Origin: Desulfitobacterium hafniense DCB-2 | Lineage (GTDB): Bacteria; Bacillota; Desulfitobacteriia; Desulfitobacteriales; Desulfitobacteriaceae | Direction of reading: 5' to 3' | Assembly (NCBI RefSeq): GCF_000021925.1 | Contig: NC_011830.1 | Span: 222,346-246,345, forward strand | DNA: 24,000 nt | In this document: one piece after another, positions 6,442 through 14,266 of the stretch | Position numbering within the stretch: the first letter of the stretch is position 1 | Layout: every line of letters starts with the position of its first letter | Notes under the pieces: generated by a model | The model's database searches: none | What the model saw: the letters and a program-made list of their open reading frames with translations, nothing else | What the model was told of the DNA's origin: nothing | Program-made: the position numbers and the translations under genes

Positions 6442-8340
6442 GTGGAAAAAGGACTGTTTAAGAAGATTGTATTGTCCCTGGCAGGGCTGCTGGTTGGCCT
6501 GGTCATAGCTGTTTACTTATCCGCCCAGCTTAATCCCGAGGCGGAGGCGGCTGCTGCCTTCGGCGGGAAAAATATATCTGTGGACGGAGTGCCTGACGAT
6601 GTGGTGCAGGCGGCTCTGAAAACCTATGTGCCACCCGGTCAGCTGGATGAGTATTATATGTTTGCCTCAGGGGGCCATTCCGGTAATGTCTTCGTCTATG
6701 GTGTGCCATCCATGCGGCGGATTAGAACAATTCCGGTATTTACCCCCGAGTCCGCCGTGGGGTATGGCTGGACGACGGAATCCAAGGAAATGCTTGGCGA
6801 ATGGAGCTGGGGGGATGTCCATCATCCTGCTTTGAGCGAGACCAAGGGAGATTATGACGGGCGCTGGCTTTTTGTCAATGATAATGCCAACAGCAGGGCC
6901 GCCCGGATCGATCTGGATTCCTTCAGGACTAGTCAAATTTTGGATATTCCTAATATTTATGGACCCCACAGCGCTGTATTTATGACACCTAACTCCGAAT
7001 ACTTTATGCTGGGGTCCCGCTTTGCCGGACCGATACCCTATGGGACCTATTCTCCCATTGAGAATTTATCAAAAGATTATAATTGTGTTTTAGCAGCAGT
7101 AGCTATCGACCCCAATAATGGTGAGATGAGCGTGGGGTGGGAAGTGCTGATGCCCCCCTGGTCCTTCGATTTATCGGATGCCGGTAAGCTGGACAGTGAG
7201 GGCTGGGCCTTTCTGACGACCTATAATACTGAGGAGGCCTATGAGCTGCTGGAGGTCAATGCCTCCCAGCGGGAAATGGATTATGTGGTCGCTTTAAATT
7301 GGAAAATGCTTGAACAGGCGGCCAATGAAGGAAAATACAAAATAGTTGATGGCGTCAAAATGATTGATCCCCTGGATGTACCGGGCTCCGTCTACTTGGT
7401 CCCGGCTATGAAGAGCCCCCATGGTGTGGATGTCACACCGGATGGAAAGTATTTTATTGCTAACGGAAAAGTGGCTCCGGTAGCTACCGTATTCAGCTTT
7501 GAGAAATTCAAGGAATGCATTGACAACAAAGACTTCCAGGGCGAGGAACGAGGTTTCCCGGTTGTCAATTACGAGAAAGTAAGAGTGGCGGAAGTGCCGG
7601 TGGGCTTAGGACCATTGCATACTCAATTTGACGGCAACGGTTATGCCTATACCACCTTATTCATCGACAGTACTATTGCCAAATGGAGTCTGGACACCTT
7701 TGAGGTTGTCGACGTTACTCCGGTACATTATTGCCCGGGTCATCTGTGTGCTGCTGAGGGAGACACTGTCTCTCCGGACGGCAAGTATCTGGTCTCCTTA
7801 AATAAGCTGGCCAAGGATAAGTTCTTGTCCGTTGGGCCATCCCATCCCGAAAGCGCCCAGCTGATTGATTTAACCACGGATAAGATGAAAATCTTAATGG
7901 ATGTTCCCACAGATCCTGAGCCTCACTTCGCTCAGATGATTAAAGCCGATAAGATTACGACCTGGGAAGTTTTTGAGAAGGATCCCAGTCAGCCGGGTGC
8001 TGTCTATGAGAAAGAAAATGCCCGCATTGAACGGGATGGCAACAATGTCACAGTCTATCAAATGGGCTTCCGCAGCCGCTATTACCCGGATCATGTGGAG
8101 GTCAATGAAGGGGATCATGTGACCTGGTATTTAACCAATACGGATTTCGATGAGGATATCACCCATGGCTTTGGTATTTGTCTGTATGACCTTAATGCGG
8201 AAGCACAACCGGGTGAGACGATAAAATTTGAATTTGTCGCCGATAAAGCGGGAGTCTATCCTTTCTATTGCACCAACTTCTGCTCGGCCCTCCATCAGGA
8301 AATGCAGGGCTGGTTTATTGTCAAACCAAAAGGCCTATAA
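6442..8340 (+). CDS. nosZ: Nitrous-oxide reductase NosZ, clade II (Sec-dependent)
   Basis: Seven CuZ His contexts: DVHHPAL, YGPHSAV, KSPHGVD, GPLHTQF, CPGHLCA, PEPHFAQ. CuA site HGF...CTNFCSALHQEM (C-x3-C-x3-H-x2-M). The N-terminus MEKGLFKKIVLSLAGLL lacks a twin-arginine motif. There is no C-terminal haem domain. GTG start lies 9 nt after AGGGAGG. Confidence 0.95.
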   Translation: MEKGLFKKIVLSLAGLLVGLVIAVYLSAQLNPEAEAAAAFGGKNISVDGVPDDVVQAALKTYVPPGQLDEYYMFASGGHSGNVFVYGVPSMRRIRTIPVFTPESAVGYGWTTESKEMLGEWSWGDVHHPALSETKGDYDGRWLFVNDNANSRAARIDLDSFRTSQILDIPNIYGPHSAVFMTPNSEYFMLGSRFAGPIPYGTYSPIENLSKDYNCVLAAVAIDPNNGEMSVGWEVLMPPWSFDLSDAGKLDSEGWAFLTTYNTEEAYELLEVNASQREMDYVVALNWKMLEQAANEGKYKIVDGVKMIDPLDVPGSVYLVPAMKSPHGVDVTPDGKYFIANGKVAPVATVFSFEKFKECIDNKDFQGEERGFPVVNYEKVRVAEVPVGLGPLHTQFDGNGYAYTTLFIDSTIAKWSLDTFEVVDVTPVHYCPGHLCAAEGDTVSPDGKYLVSLNKLAKDKFLSVGPSHPESAQLIDLTTDKMKILMDVPTDPEPHFAQMIKADKITTWEVFEKDPSQPGAVYEKENARIERDGNNVTVYQMGFRSRYYPDHVEVNEGDHVTWYLTNTDFDEDITHGFGICLYDLNAEAQPGETIKFEFVADKAGVYPFYCTNFCSALHQEMQGWFIVKPKGL

Positions 8341-8395
8341 AGCTCTCCAGGGCTTTATAGAAGAATCGAGAGGGATCCTTGCTCAGGGATCCCTC
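8335..8395 (+). other. Two tandem perfect 9-bp stem-loops at the nosZ 3' end, without a U-tract
   Basis: Hairpin 1: ctataaagc (8335-8343) / gctttatag (8352-8360), spanning the nosZ stop codon. Hairpin 2: gagggatcc (8370-8378) / ggatccctc (8387-8395), followed by a C-run rather than a T-run. Confidence 0.6.
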
Positions 8396-8426
8396 CCCCC
8401 CTAATCGATAGGAAAGGCGGTTAACC

Positions 8427-9026
8427 ATGGATTTTGTAAGAAAGCTTTTCAAGGGAAACCTTAATCTCATCGGGAGAATCATGTTTGGTGCTGCCGGCTT
8501 AATTCTCTTAGCCTCTCTCTTTTTGCCTTGGTGGCATTTAGACTTGGTGGCACCCCAATATCCGGAGGGTTTGTCCGTGATTGTCTATCCGGACAAACTG
8601 GATGGCCGCATCGATATTATCAATAATATTAATCACTATATCGGCATGAAGTGGATCAGCGAAGAAGATTTCCCGGAATTTCAGGTTATTACTAAAGTTG
8701 CCTATGTGATCATTGGCCTGGCTCTTATTACCGCCCTGGTGAAAAAAAGGTGGCTTGCCTGGCTGACCGCCGGTCTGGGTGCTGTGGGAGGCATGATCGG
8801 GGTGTATGACCTATGGCGCTGGCTGCGGGATTATGGAACCCAGCTGGATCCCATGGCGGCAATTAAGATCGATCCCTTCACCCCGCCGATTATCGGCACC
8901 AATAAGCTTGCCAATTTTATTACCTACACAGGATTTAATTCAGGCGGATATTTGCTGGGACTGAGCATTATCCTGATGCTGCTGGCTGCTTGGAGGTTTA
9001 AGGAACATGAAAAGCAAAAAGAATAG
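8427..9026 (+). CDS. nosB: NosB-like integral membrane protein (clade II nos accessory)
   Basis: 199 aa with four hydrophobic helices. It sits immediately downstream of a clade II nosZ, which is the hallmark position of nosB. The call rests on position and topology, not on recognised motifs. Confidence 0.65.
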   Translation: MDFVRKLFKGNLNLIGRIMFGAAGLILLASLFLPWWHLDLVAPQYPEGLSVIVYPDKLDGRIDIINNINHYIGMKWISEEDFPEFQVITKVAYVIIGLALITALVKKRWLAWLTAGLGAVGGMIGVYDLWRWLRDYGTQLDPMAAIKIDPFTPPIIGTNKLANFITYTGFNSGGYLLGLSIILMLLAAWRFKEHEKQKE

Positions 9027-10512
9027 GCGCTGCTTTTGGCTGAGTCTGTTTCTTTTCCTGTGGATCATTCCGTTATCAGCTCATGCCGCTACCCTGGAAG
9101 TTCAAGGAGGCGGCTCGGCGGAGAGTATTCAATCTGCCCTGGCAAGGGCTGCTCCCGGGGATACTATTCATGTTTATAGCGGGACCTACGTGGGAAAGAT
9201 TGTGATCGATAAGGCGGTATCCCTCATCGGAATTGGTATGCCGATTCTTGATGGGGGAGGTGAAGGAGATGTGGTCAGCATTAAAGGGGATGGAGTGACC
9301 TTTAAAGGGTTTCAAGTCATGGGCAGCGGCAAAAGATTGCAGGACTCCGATGCGGGGATCAAGCTCTATTCCGCCGGCAATGTCATTGAAGATAACAAGC
9401 TGACCAATAATCTCTTTGGGATGTATCTGCTGAAATCTCCTCATAATACGCTCCGCAATAATACGATTATCGGCAGACCTGCCAAAAATAAGCTGCAAGC
9501 ATCAAAAAAAGACGAGGCTGGGGAGGCCGGCACCTATGACATTTTGCCTAGTTTTGAAGGGGAGAGCGGTGACGGAATTCATCTTTTTGCAGCATCCCAT
9601 AATTTGATCGAGAATAATGAGATTACGGATACCAGGGATGGCATCTACTTCAACTATGCTCACGATAATCGGCTTTTGTATAACCATATTGATGGGGTGC
9701 GCTACGCCATTCACTATATGTATTCTGATGATAATTACTTTGAGGGAAATATTGCGACCAATAATGTGGCCGGAGCGGCCCCCATGTACTCCAAAAGAAT
9801 AACCTTCCGTGAGAATGTTTTCGCCTATAACCGTGGTCACCGCTCTTTCGGAGTGCTGTTTTCCAATTGCAACGACTGTCTGGCCGAGGGGAATGTTTTT
9901 TTCGGCAATACCAGGGGGGCGCTCTTCGATGTGTCCTACCACAATATCTTCCGCAATAATTTGGTAGCCGCCAACGATATCGGCATCGATCTGATTTCCA
10001 GTTCGGGATTCAATACATTTACAGAAAATAATTTTATGGACAATATGGAGCAGATCGCTTTCCGGGCAGGGAGGATTGGGGAGGGGAATGTGTTCTATGA
10101 GGAGGGGACGGGCAACTATTGGAATGACTATCGGGGATTCGATCTGGATCAGAACGGGATAGGTGATACGCCCTATCTGACAGGAGATATTTTTACTTAT
10201 TTAATGAATAAAGCGCCTGCTGTGCGTCTTTTCTTAAACAGTCCCGCTGCTAAAGCTTTGGAGTTTGCCGAAAACATGTTTCCGGTTATAGAAATCCCTA
10301 AAGCTGAAGATGCATATCCTTTAATCAAGCCGGTGGCGATAGAGATTAATGGGCAGTTTCACATCGAGAAGAATCAGGTTTCCAATAAGGTCTTTGGTGC
10401 TTATTCCCTGCTTATGCTCCTCATAGCAGGGATGATAACCGCCCGGGCCTTTGGGGTGAGTTCCCAGGGCATTAAACGGGTGGAGAATTATTTGAGAGGA
10501 GGCCAAAAATGA
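9007..10512 (+). CDS. nosD: NosD, beta-helix (CASH/NosD repeat) copper-delivery protein of the NosDFY complex, with a C-terminal TM anchor
   Basis: Signal peptide ending SAHA|A. Repeated beta-helix turns (NNxIxxNxxG-type: IEDNKLTNN, LRNNTIIG, IENNEITDT, FEGNIATNN, FRNNLVAAN, FTENNFMDN). C-terminal hydrophobic helix VFGAYSLLMLLIAGMITARAF. Overlaps nosB by 20 nt. Confidence 0.9.
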   Translation: MKSKKNRRCFWLSLFLFLWIIPLSAHAATLEVQGGGSAESIQSALARAAPGDTIHVYSGTYVGKIVIDKAVSLIGIGMPILDGGGEGDVVSIKGDGVTFKGFQVMGSGKRLQDSDAGIKLYSAGNVIEDNKLTNNLFGMYLLKSPHNTLRNNTIIGRPAKNKLQASKKDEAGEAGTYDILPSFEGESGDGIHLFAASHNLIENNEITDTRDGIYFNYAHDNRLLYNHIDGVRYAIHYMYSDDNYFEGNIATNNVAGAAPMYSKRITFRENVFAYNRGHRSFGVLFSNCNDCLAEGNVFFGNTRGALFDVSYHNIFRNNLVAANDIGIDLISSSGFNTFTENNFMDNMEQIAFRAGRIGEGNVFYEEGTGNYWNDYRGFDLDQNGIGDTPYLTGDIFTYLMNKAPAVRLFLNSPAAKALEFAENMFPVIEIPKAEDAYPLIKPVAIEINGQFHIEKNQVSNKVFGAYSLLMLLIAGMITARAFGVSSQGIKRVENYLRGGQK

Positions 10513-11051
10513 GTCGCAAGATAATGGTGGTTTTGCTTTCTCTCTGGTGTTTATTCCTTACAGGATGTTCGTCAGGAGACGCTGCCGGGACTCCCCGGGA
10601 AATTGACCCTACTATTGATATTTGCCCCGTCTGCAGGATGAGTGTCATTGATGAGCATTTTGCGGCCCAGATTATTGACAGTCAGGGGCAAGTTGAGATT
10701 TTTGATGATATAGGATGTATGTCGATCTTTATGCGAAGATTGGAAGCGGGGGCACAGGATAGTATTTTAGCCACTTATGTCAAAGATTTCCAGAACATGG
10801 AATGGATCCAGGCCCAGGAGGCCTTTTATGTACAAGGCCGGATCGATACTCCTATGAGTTTTGGAATCGTAGCCTTTGCAGCCGAGGAGACGGCCCGGAA
10901 ATTTGCCCAAGAGGTGGGAGGGAAACAGCTGACCTGGGAACAGGTTCTGACAGAGCCCTTAACCATCGGCTTGGATATAGAATTTAATCAGGAAGATTTT
11001 AATGTCCAGGACCTGGATACAGGAGAAATGCGGGAAGAGAGGGGAAATTAG
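10509..11051 (+). CDS. nosL: NosL copper chaperone lipoprotein
   Basis: Lipobox LFLTG|C SS. CPVCRM and DDIGCM motifs typical of NosL. ATGA start/stop overlap with nosD. Confidence 0.85.
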   Translation: MSRKIMVVLLSLWCLFLTGCSSGDAAGTPREIDPTIDICPVCRMSVIDEHFAAQIIDSQGQVEIFDDIGCMSIFMRRLEAGAQDSILATYVKDFQNMEWIQAQEAFYVQGRIDTPMSFGIVAFAAEETARKFAQEVGGKQLTWEQVLTEPLTIGLDIEFNQEDFNVQDLDTGEMREERGN

Positions 11052-11888
11052 ATGCAGCTGATCAATGTAGTGACCATAGCAGAAAAGGAACTATTGGAAT
11101 CCATACGCAGTAAATGGTTGGGTACATTTACCGTGGTTTTTGCTTTAATCGCCCTTCTGGTTTCTTTTTTTGGTTTGTCCAGTCTTGGGGTTGGTGGGCA
11201 GCAGGGATTTAACCGGGTCACGGCCAGCCTTTTGAATCTGGTGCTGTATTTGCTGCCCTTGATTGCGCTTGTGATGGGCTCGGCGACGGTAGCCGGTGAA
11301 AAGGAAGCCGGCTCCCTTCACGTTCTCCTCACCCAGCCCATTGATAAAGCTGAAGTCATTATCGGCAAGTTCGGCGGTTTAGCCCTGGCTTTAATTGCTT
11401 CTATTCTGGTTGGCTTTGGTGGGGCGGGAGTCGTGATCGCCTGGAAAACAGGGTCCATCAATATTACGGATTATCTGATGTTTGTAAGCTTATCTATGAT
11501 TTTAGCCATGGTATTCCTCAGTATCGCTATACTCATTTCTGTCATCGTCTCGCGAAGAGCTCAGGGGATCGGTTTGGGGATTTTTATTTGGTTTTTAATG
11601 ATTTTAGTTTATGATTTTTTAGCTATAGGGGTGGCGGGCTTATCCAATGTATCTGTTATTATCCCCTTATTGCTGCTGCTTCTGCTGGCTAATCCGGCCG
11701 ATATGGTACGTGTACTGGTCATTTTGCAGCTTGGCGGTGAAGAAACCTTTGGACCTACGCTGGTCGCTTTGACGAGGATGCTCACTCAGGGATCGGGGGA
11801 ACTTTTATTATATGGAGCCCTTCTGATTTGGATGATCATACCTCTCCTGATTGCGGCAATTTTGTTCGGCCGCAAACAGGATTATTAG
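11052..11888 (+). CDS. nosY: NosY, ABC-2 type permease
   Basis: 278 aa with six hydrophobic helices. It lies between nosL and the NosF ATPase gene. Its ATG immediately follows the nosL stop. Confidence 0.8.
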   Translation: MQLINVVTIAEKELLESIRSKWLGTFTVVFALIALLVSFFGLSSLGVGGQQGFNRVTASLLNLVLYLLPLIALVMGSATVAGEKEAGSLHVLLTQPIDKAEVIIGKFGGLALALIASILVGFGGAGVVIAWKTGSINITDYLMFVSLSMILAMVFLSIAILISVIVSRRAQGIGLGIFIWFLMILVYDFLAIGVAGLSNVSVIIPLLLLLLLANPADMVRVLVILQLGGEETFGPTLVALTRMLTQGSGELLLYGALLIWMIIPLLIAAILFGRKQDY

Positions 11889-11899
11889 GAGGGGATCCT

Positions 11900-12811
11900 A
11901 TGGAAGTTATCAATACTTTAGAAGTGAAATATGCCCAGAAGTTTTATGGTCCGTTTCAAGCCGTTAAGGATATTAACTTAACAGTGGAAAAAGGGGAAAT
12001 CTATGCCTTGTTGGGGCACAATGGGGCCGGAAAATCAACATTAATAAAAATGATTCTAGGGTTAGTAAAAGCCTCCGCCGGGATGATCGAAATTGAGGGG
12101 TTAAATTATGATGCCAAGAATAAGGAGATTAAGAAAAGGGTAGGTTATTTGCCGGAGAGAATGAATTTTTATGATAATTTAACGGCATGGGAGACGATAT
12201 CGTTTTACGCCAAATTAAAAGGGATCACCAGGAAACGATGTGAAGAGGTGTTGGAACAAGTTGGGTTAAGGGAAGCAGAACACCGGAGAGTGGGGACTTT
12301 CTCCAAAGGAATGCAGCAGAGATTAGGCTTGGCCCAGGCTATTATCCACAAGCCCGATTTGCTTGTATTGGATGAACCCACAACCGGGTTGGATCCTATC
12401 GGCATCCTGGAATTAAAGGCAATGATTCGGAACTGGAACAAGGAAGGGACAACCATCTTATTTTCCTCACATAATCTTAATGATGTGGAAGAACTGGCCC
12501 AGCGGATTGGTATTATGAATCGCGGGGAAATGATTGCTCAAGGCAGCTTGGCAGAATTACAGGATAGGTTGGGTCTGCCCACGAAAATAAAAATAGATCT
12601 TGCTGTGATTCCGGTTGATTTAGAGGAAATACTCGTGGGAAAGCGAATTAAAACATTTCAGCTTGAAGAAAAAACTGTAAGCATTGATTGTCCAAAAGAC
12701 AAGAAGACCCAAGTCATAACAGCTGTAATGGATGGGATGCTGAAAGTACTTGATCTGCGTTTGGAAGAACCGGGACTGAACAGTATTTATCAGAATATCA
12801 TGGCAGAATAA
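11900..12811 (+). CDS. nosF: NosF, ABC ATPase of the NosDFY system
   Basis: Walker A GHNGAGKST, signature FSKGMQQRL, Walker B LLVLDEPT, H-loop SSHN. ATG at 11900 follows AGGAGGGG. The track start at 11828 overlaps nosY. Confidence 0.85.
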   Translation: MEVINTLEVKYAQKFYGPFQAVKDINLTVEKGEIYALLGHNGAGKSTLIKMILGLVKASAGMIEIEGLNYDAKNKEIKKRVGYLPERMNFYDNLTAWETISFYAKLKGITRKRCEEVLEQVGLREAEHRRVGTFSKGMQQRLGLAQAIIHKPDLLVLDEPTTGLDPIGILELKAMIRNWNKEGTTILFSSHNLNDVEELAQRIGIMNRGEMIAQGSLAELQDRLGLPTKIKIDLAVIPVDLEEILVGKRIKTFQLEEKTVSIDCPKDKKTQVITAVMDGMLKVLDLRLEEPGLNSIYQNIMAE

Positions 12812-12818
12812 ATTATAT

Positions 12819-12847
12819 TTGACAATCACCTCAGAACCCAATATAAT
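12819..12847 (+). promoter_or_regulatory. Sigma-A promoter of the infC-rpmI-rplT operon
   Basis: TTGACA (12819-12824), a 17-nt spacer, then TATAAT (12842-12847). Both hexamers match consensus. Confidence 0.7.
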
Positions 12848-12854
12848 GTTAATG

Positions 12855-12980
12855 TTCAAGTAGAAGCCATCCGCTTCTCACCTCATGGCTTGAGTCGATG
12901 AGGTATCTTCGGGTCCTGAGCCGCTGTGCTTGCTCATGATTTGTATGGAAGACGGGTGGAACTCTGCCCGTCTTTTTTGT
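12855..12980 (+). promoter_or_regulatory. Ribosomal protein L20 leader-type attenuator upstream of infC (Firmicutes type)
   Basis: Structured leader between the promoter and infC with competing helices: AAGCCAT (12863-12869) / ATGGCTT (12884-12890), and CCTCAT / ATGAGG. It ends in an intrinsic terminator. The position matches the known Bacillus L20-leader (Rfam RF00558), but I did not check it against the model. Confidence 0.55.
12951..12978 (+). terminator. Leader (attenuator) terminator upstream of infC
   Basis: Stem gacggg (12951-12956) / cccgtc (12967-12972) followed by TTTTTT (12973-12978). It lies upstream of the infC SD. Confidence 0.7.
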
Positions 12981-13006
12981 GTGATTTTTTTTGGAGGTGG
13001 TTCGTT

Positions 13007-13522
13007 ATTAGCAAGGATTTACGGATTAACGACGAAATCCGGGCCCGGGAAGTTCGTCTTGTCGGGGAAGAGGGAGAGCAATTGGGGATTGTCCAGCTTA
13101 GAGATGCTCAACGGATTGCTGCTGAGAAATCTCTGGATTTAGTGGAAATTGCGCCAACTGCTAAGCCGCCTGTTTGTAAGATCATGGATTATGGTAAGTA
13201 CAAGTATGAGCAGGCCAAACGGGATAAAGAGGCCCGTAAAAAACAGAAGACCATGGAAATCAAAGAAGTTAAGCTTCGCCCTAATATTGAGGACCATGAC
13301 TTCGAAACCAAAGCACGCAATGCCCAACGCTTTTTAAATGATGGGGATAAGGTTAAGGTCACGATTATGTTCCGTGGTCGGGAGGTTACCCATCCGGAAC
13401 TGGGAAGAACTTTATGCCTGCGTCTAGCTGAGTTTTGTAAAGCTGAGGCTAATATAGAGCGTGATCCCAAGCTTGAAGGACGCAATATGATTATGATTTT
13501 AGCGCCTGTGAAACACGACTAA
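13007..13522 (+). CDS. infC: Translation initiation factor IF-3, apparent non-canonical AUU start
   Basis: [28 protein letters not shown]...[21 protein letters not shown] matches IF-3. GGAGGTG SD (12994-13000) lies 6 nt before ATT at 13007. No ATG, GTG or TTG is suitably placed. The length of 171 aa is typical. Confidence 0.9.
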   Translation: MSKDLRINDEIRAREVRLVGEEGEQLGIVQLRDAQRIAAEKSLDLVEIAPTAKPPVCKIMDYGKYKYEQAKRDKEARKKQKTMEIKEVKLRPNIEDHDFETKARNAQRFLNDGDKVKVTIMFRGREVTHPELGRTLCLRLAEFCKAEANIERDPKLEGRNMIMILAPVKHD

Positions 13523-13542
13523 CACGAGAGGGGGATATCCCA

Positions 13543-13740
13543 ATGCCAAAAATGAAAACTCACCGCGGAGCTGCGAAACGTTTTAAGAAAACAGGTACGG
13601 GTAAAATTGTTCGTCATCATGCTTTTACAAGCCATATCCTGGAGAAGAAATCTCCAAAGCGTAAGCGTAATCTGCGCAAAGGTACTGTTATGCACAAAAC
13701 CGATGCTAAACGCATTGCCCGCTTAGTTGCTTATCTATAA
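13543..13740 (+). CDS. rpmI: 50S ribosomal protein L35
   Basis: [24 protein letters not shown]... is a canonical L35 sequence, 65 aa. Confidence 0.97.
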   Translation: MPKMKTHRGAAKRFKKTGTGKIVRHHAFTSHILEKKSPKRKRNLRKGTVMHKTDAKRIARLVAYL

Positions 13741-13846
13741 GATTGGCAGGGTCGGGGCGCATTGTGAGACAAGCTTTGTTCGGCATGAGCCGGGCAGATA
13801 AGAGATGAGAAGATGACAGAGATTAACATGTAAGGAGGTCTTCGCT

Positions 13847-14209
13847 ATGGCCCGTGTAAAAAGAGGGGTAACGAAGCATCAACGTCATAAAAAAGTATTA
13901 AAGCTTGCTAAAGGGTTCCGTGGAGCAAAGAGCAAGCTCTACCGTCCGGCTAATGAGCAAGTCATGAAGTCCTTGGCTTATGCCTATGCTCACCGCAGAG
14001 ATAAAAAAGGTGATTTCCGTAAATTATGGATCGCTCGTATCAATGCAGCTGCCCGTCTGAACGGATTAAGCTACAGCCGGATGATGAACGGCCTGAAAAT
14101 AGCCGGAGTATCCGTCAACCGTAAAATGTTGGCTGATCTGGCTATCAATGATGCAGCAGCTTTCACCGAATTAGTCAATGTAGCGAAAGCTCAAGTGAGT
14201 GCGAAGTAA
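13847..14209 (+). CDS. rplT: 50S ribosomal protein L20
   Basis: [33 protein letters not shown]... is a canonical L20 sequence, 120 aa. AAGGAGG SD. Confidence 0.97.
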   Translation: MARVKRGVTKHQRHKKVLKLAKGFRGAKSKLYRPANEQVMKSLAYAYAHRRDKKGDFRKLWIARINAAARLNGLSYSRMMNGLKIAGVSVNRKMLADLAINDAAAFTELVNVAKAQVSAK

Positions 14210-14220
14210 AGAATACATCA

Positions 14221-14244
14221 AAGGGTGCTGAGGCACCCTTTTTA
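14221..14244 (+). terminator. Intrinsic terminator after rplT
   Basis: Stem aagggtgc (14221-14228) / gcaccctt (14233-14240), 4-nt loop, then a T-run. Confidence 0.8.
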
Positions 14245-14266
14245 CATAGGGGTTTGGGGTGATGAT

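Noticed and set aside
9076-9942. Two minus-strand ORFs of 140 and 146 aa
   Set aside because: They are antisense to nosD, whose beta-helix repeats, signal peptide and translational coupling to its neighbours are clear. The antisense frames have no motifs or start signals.
12926-13006. GTG-initiated N-terminal extension of infC given in the ORF track
   Set aside because: The extension would start inside the leader, 5' of the attenuator terminator (12951-12978). It adds non-homologous sequence (MLAHDLYGRRVELCPSFLC...). IF-3 homology and the SD point to ATT at 13007.
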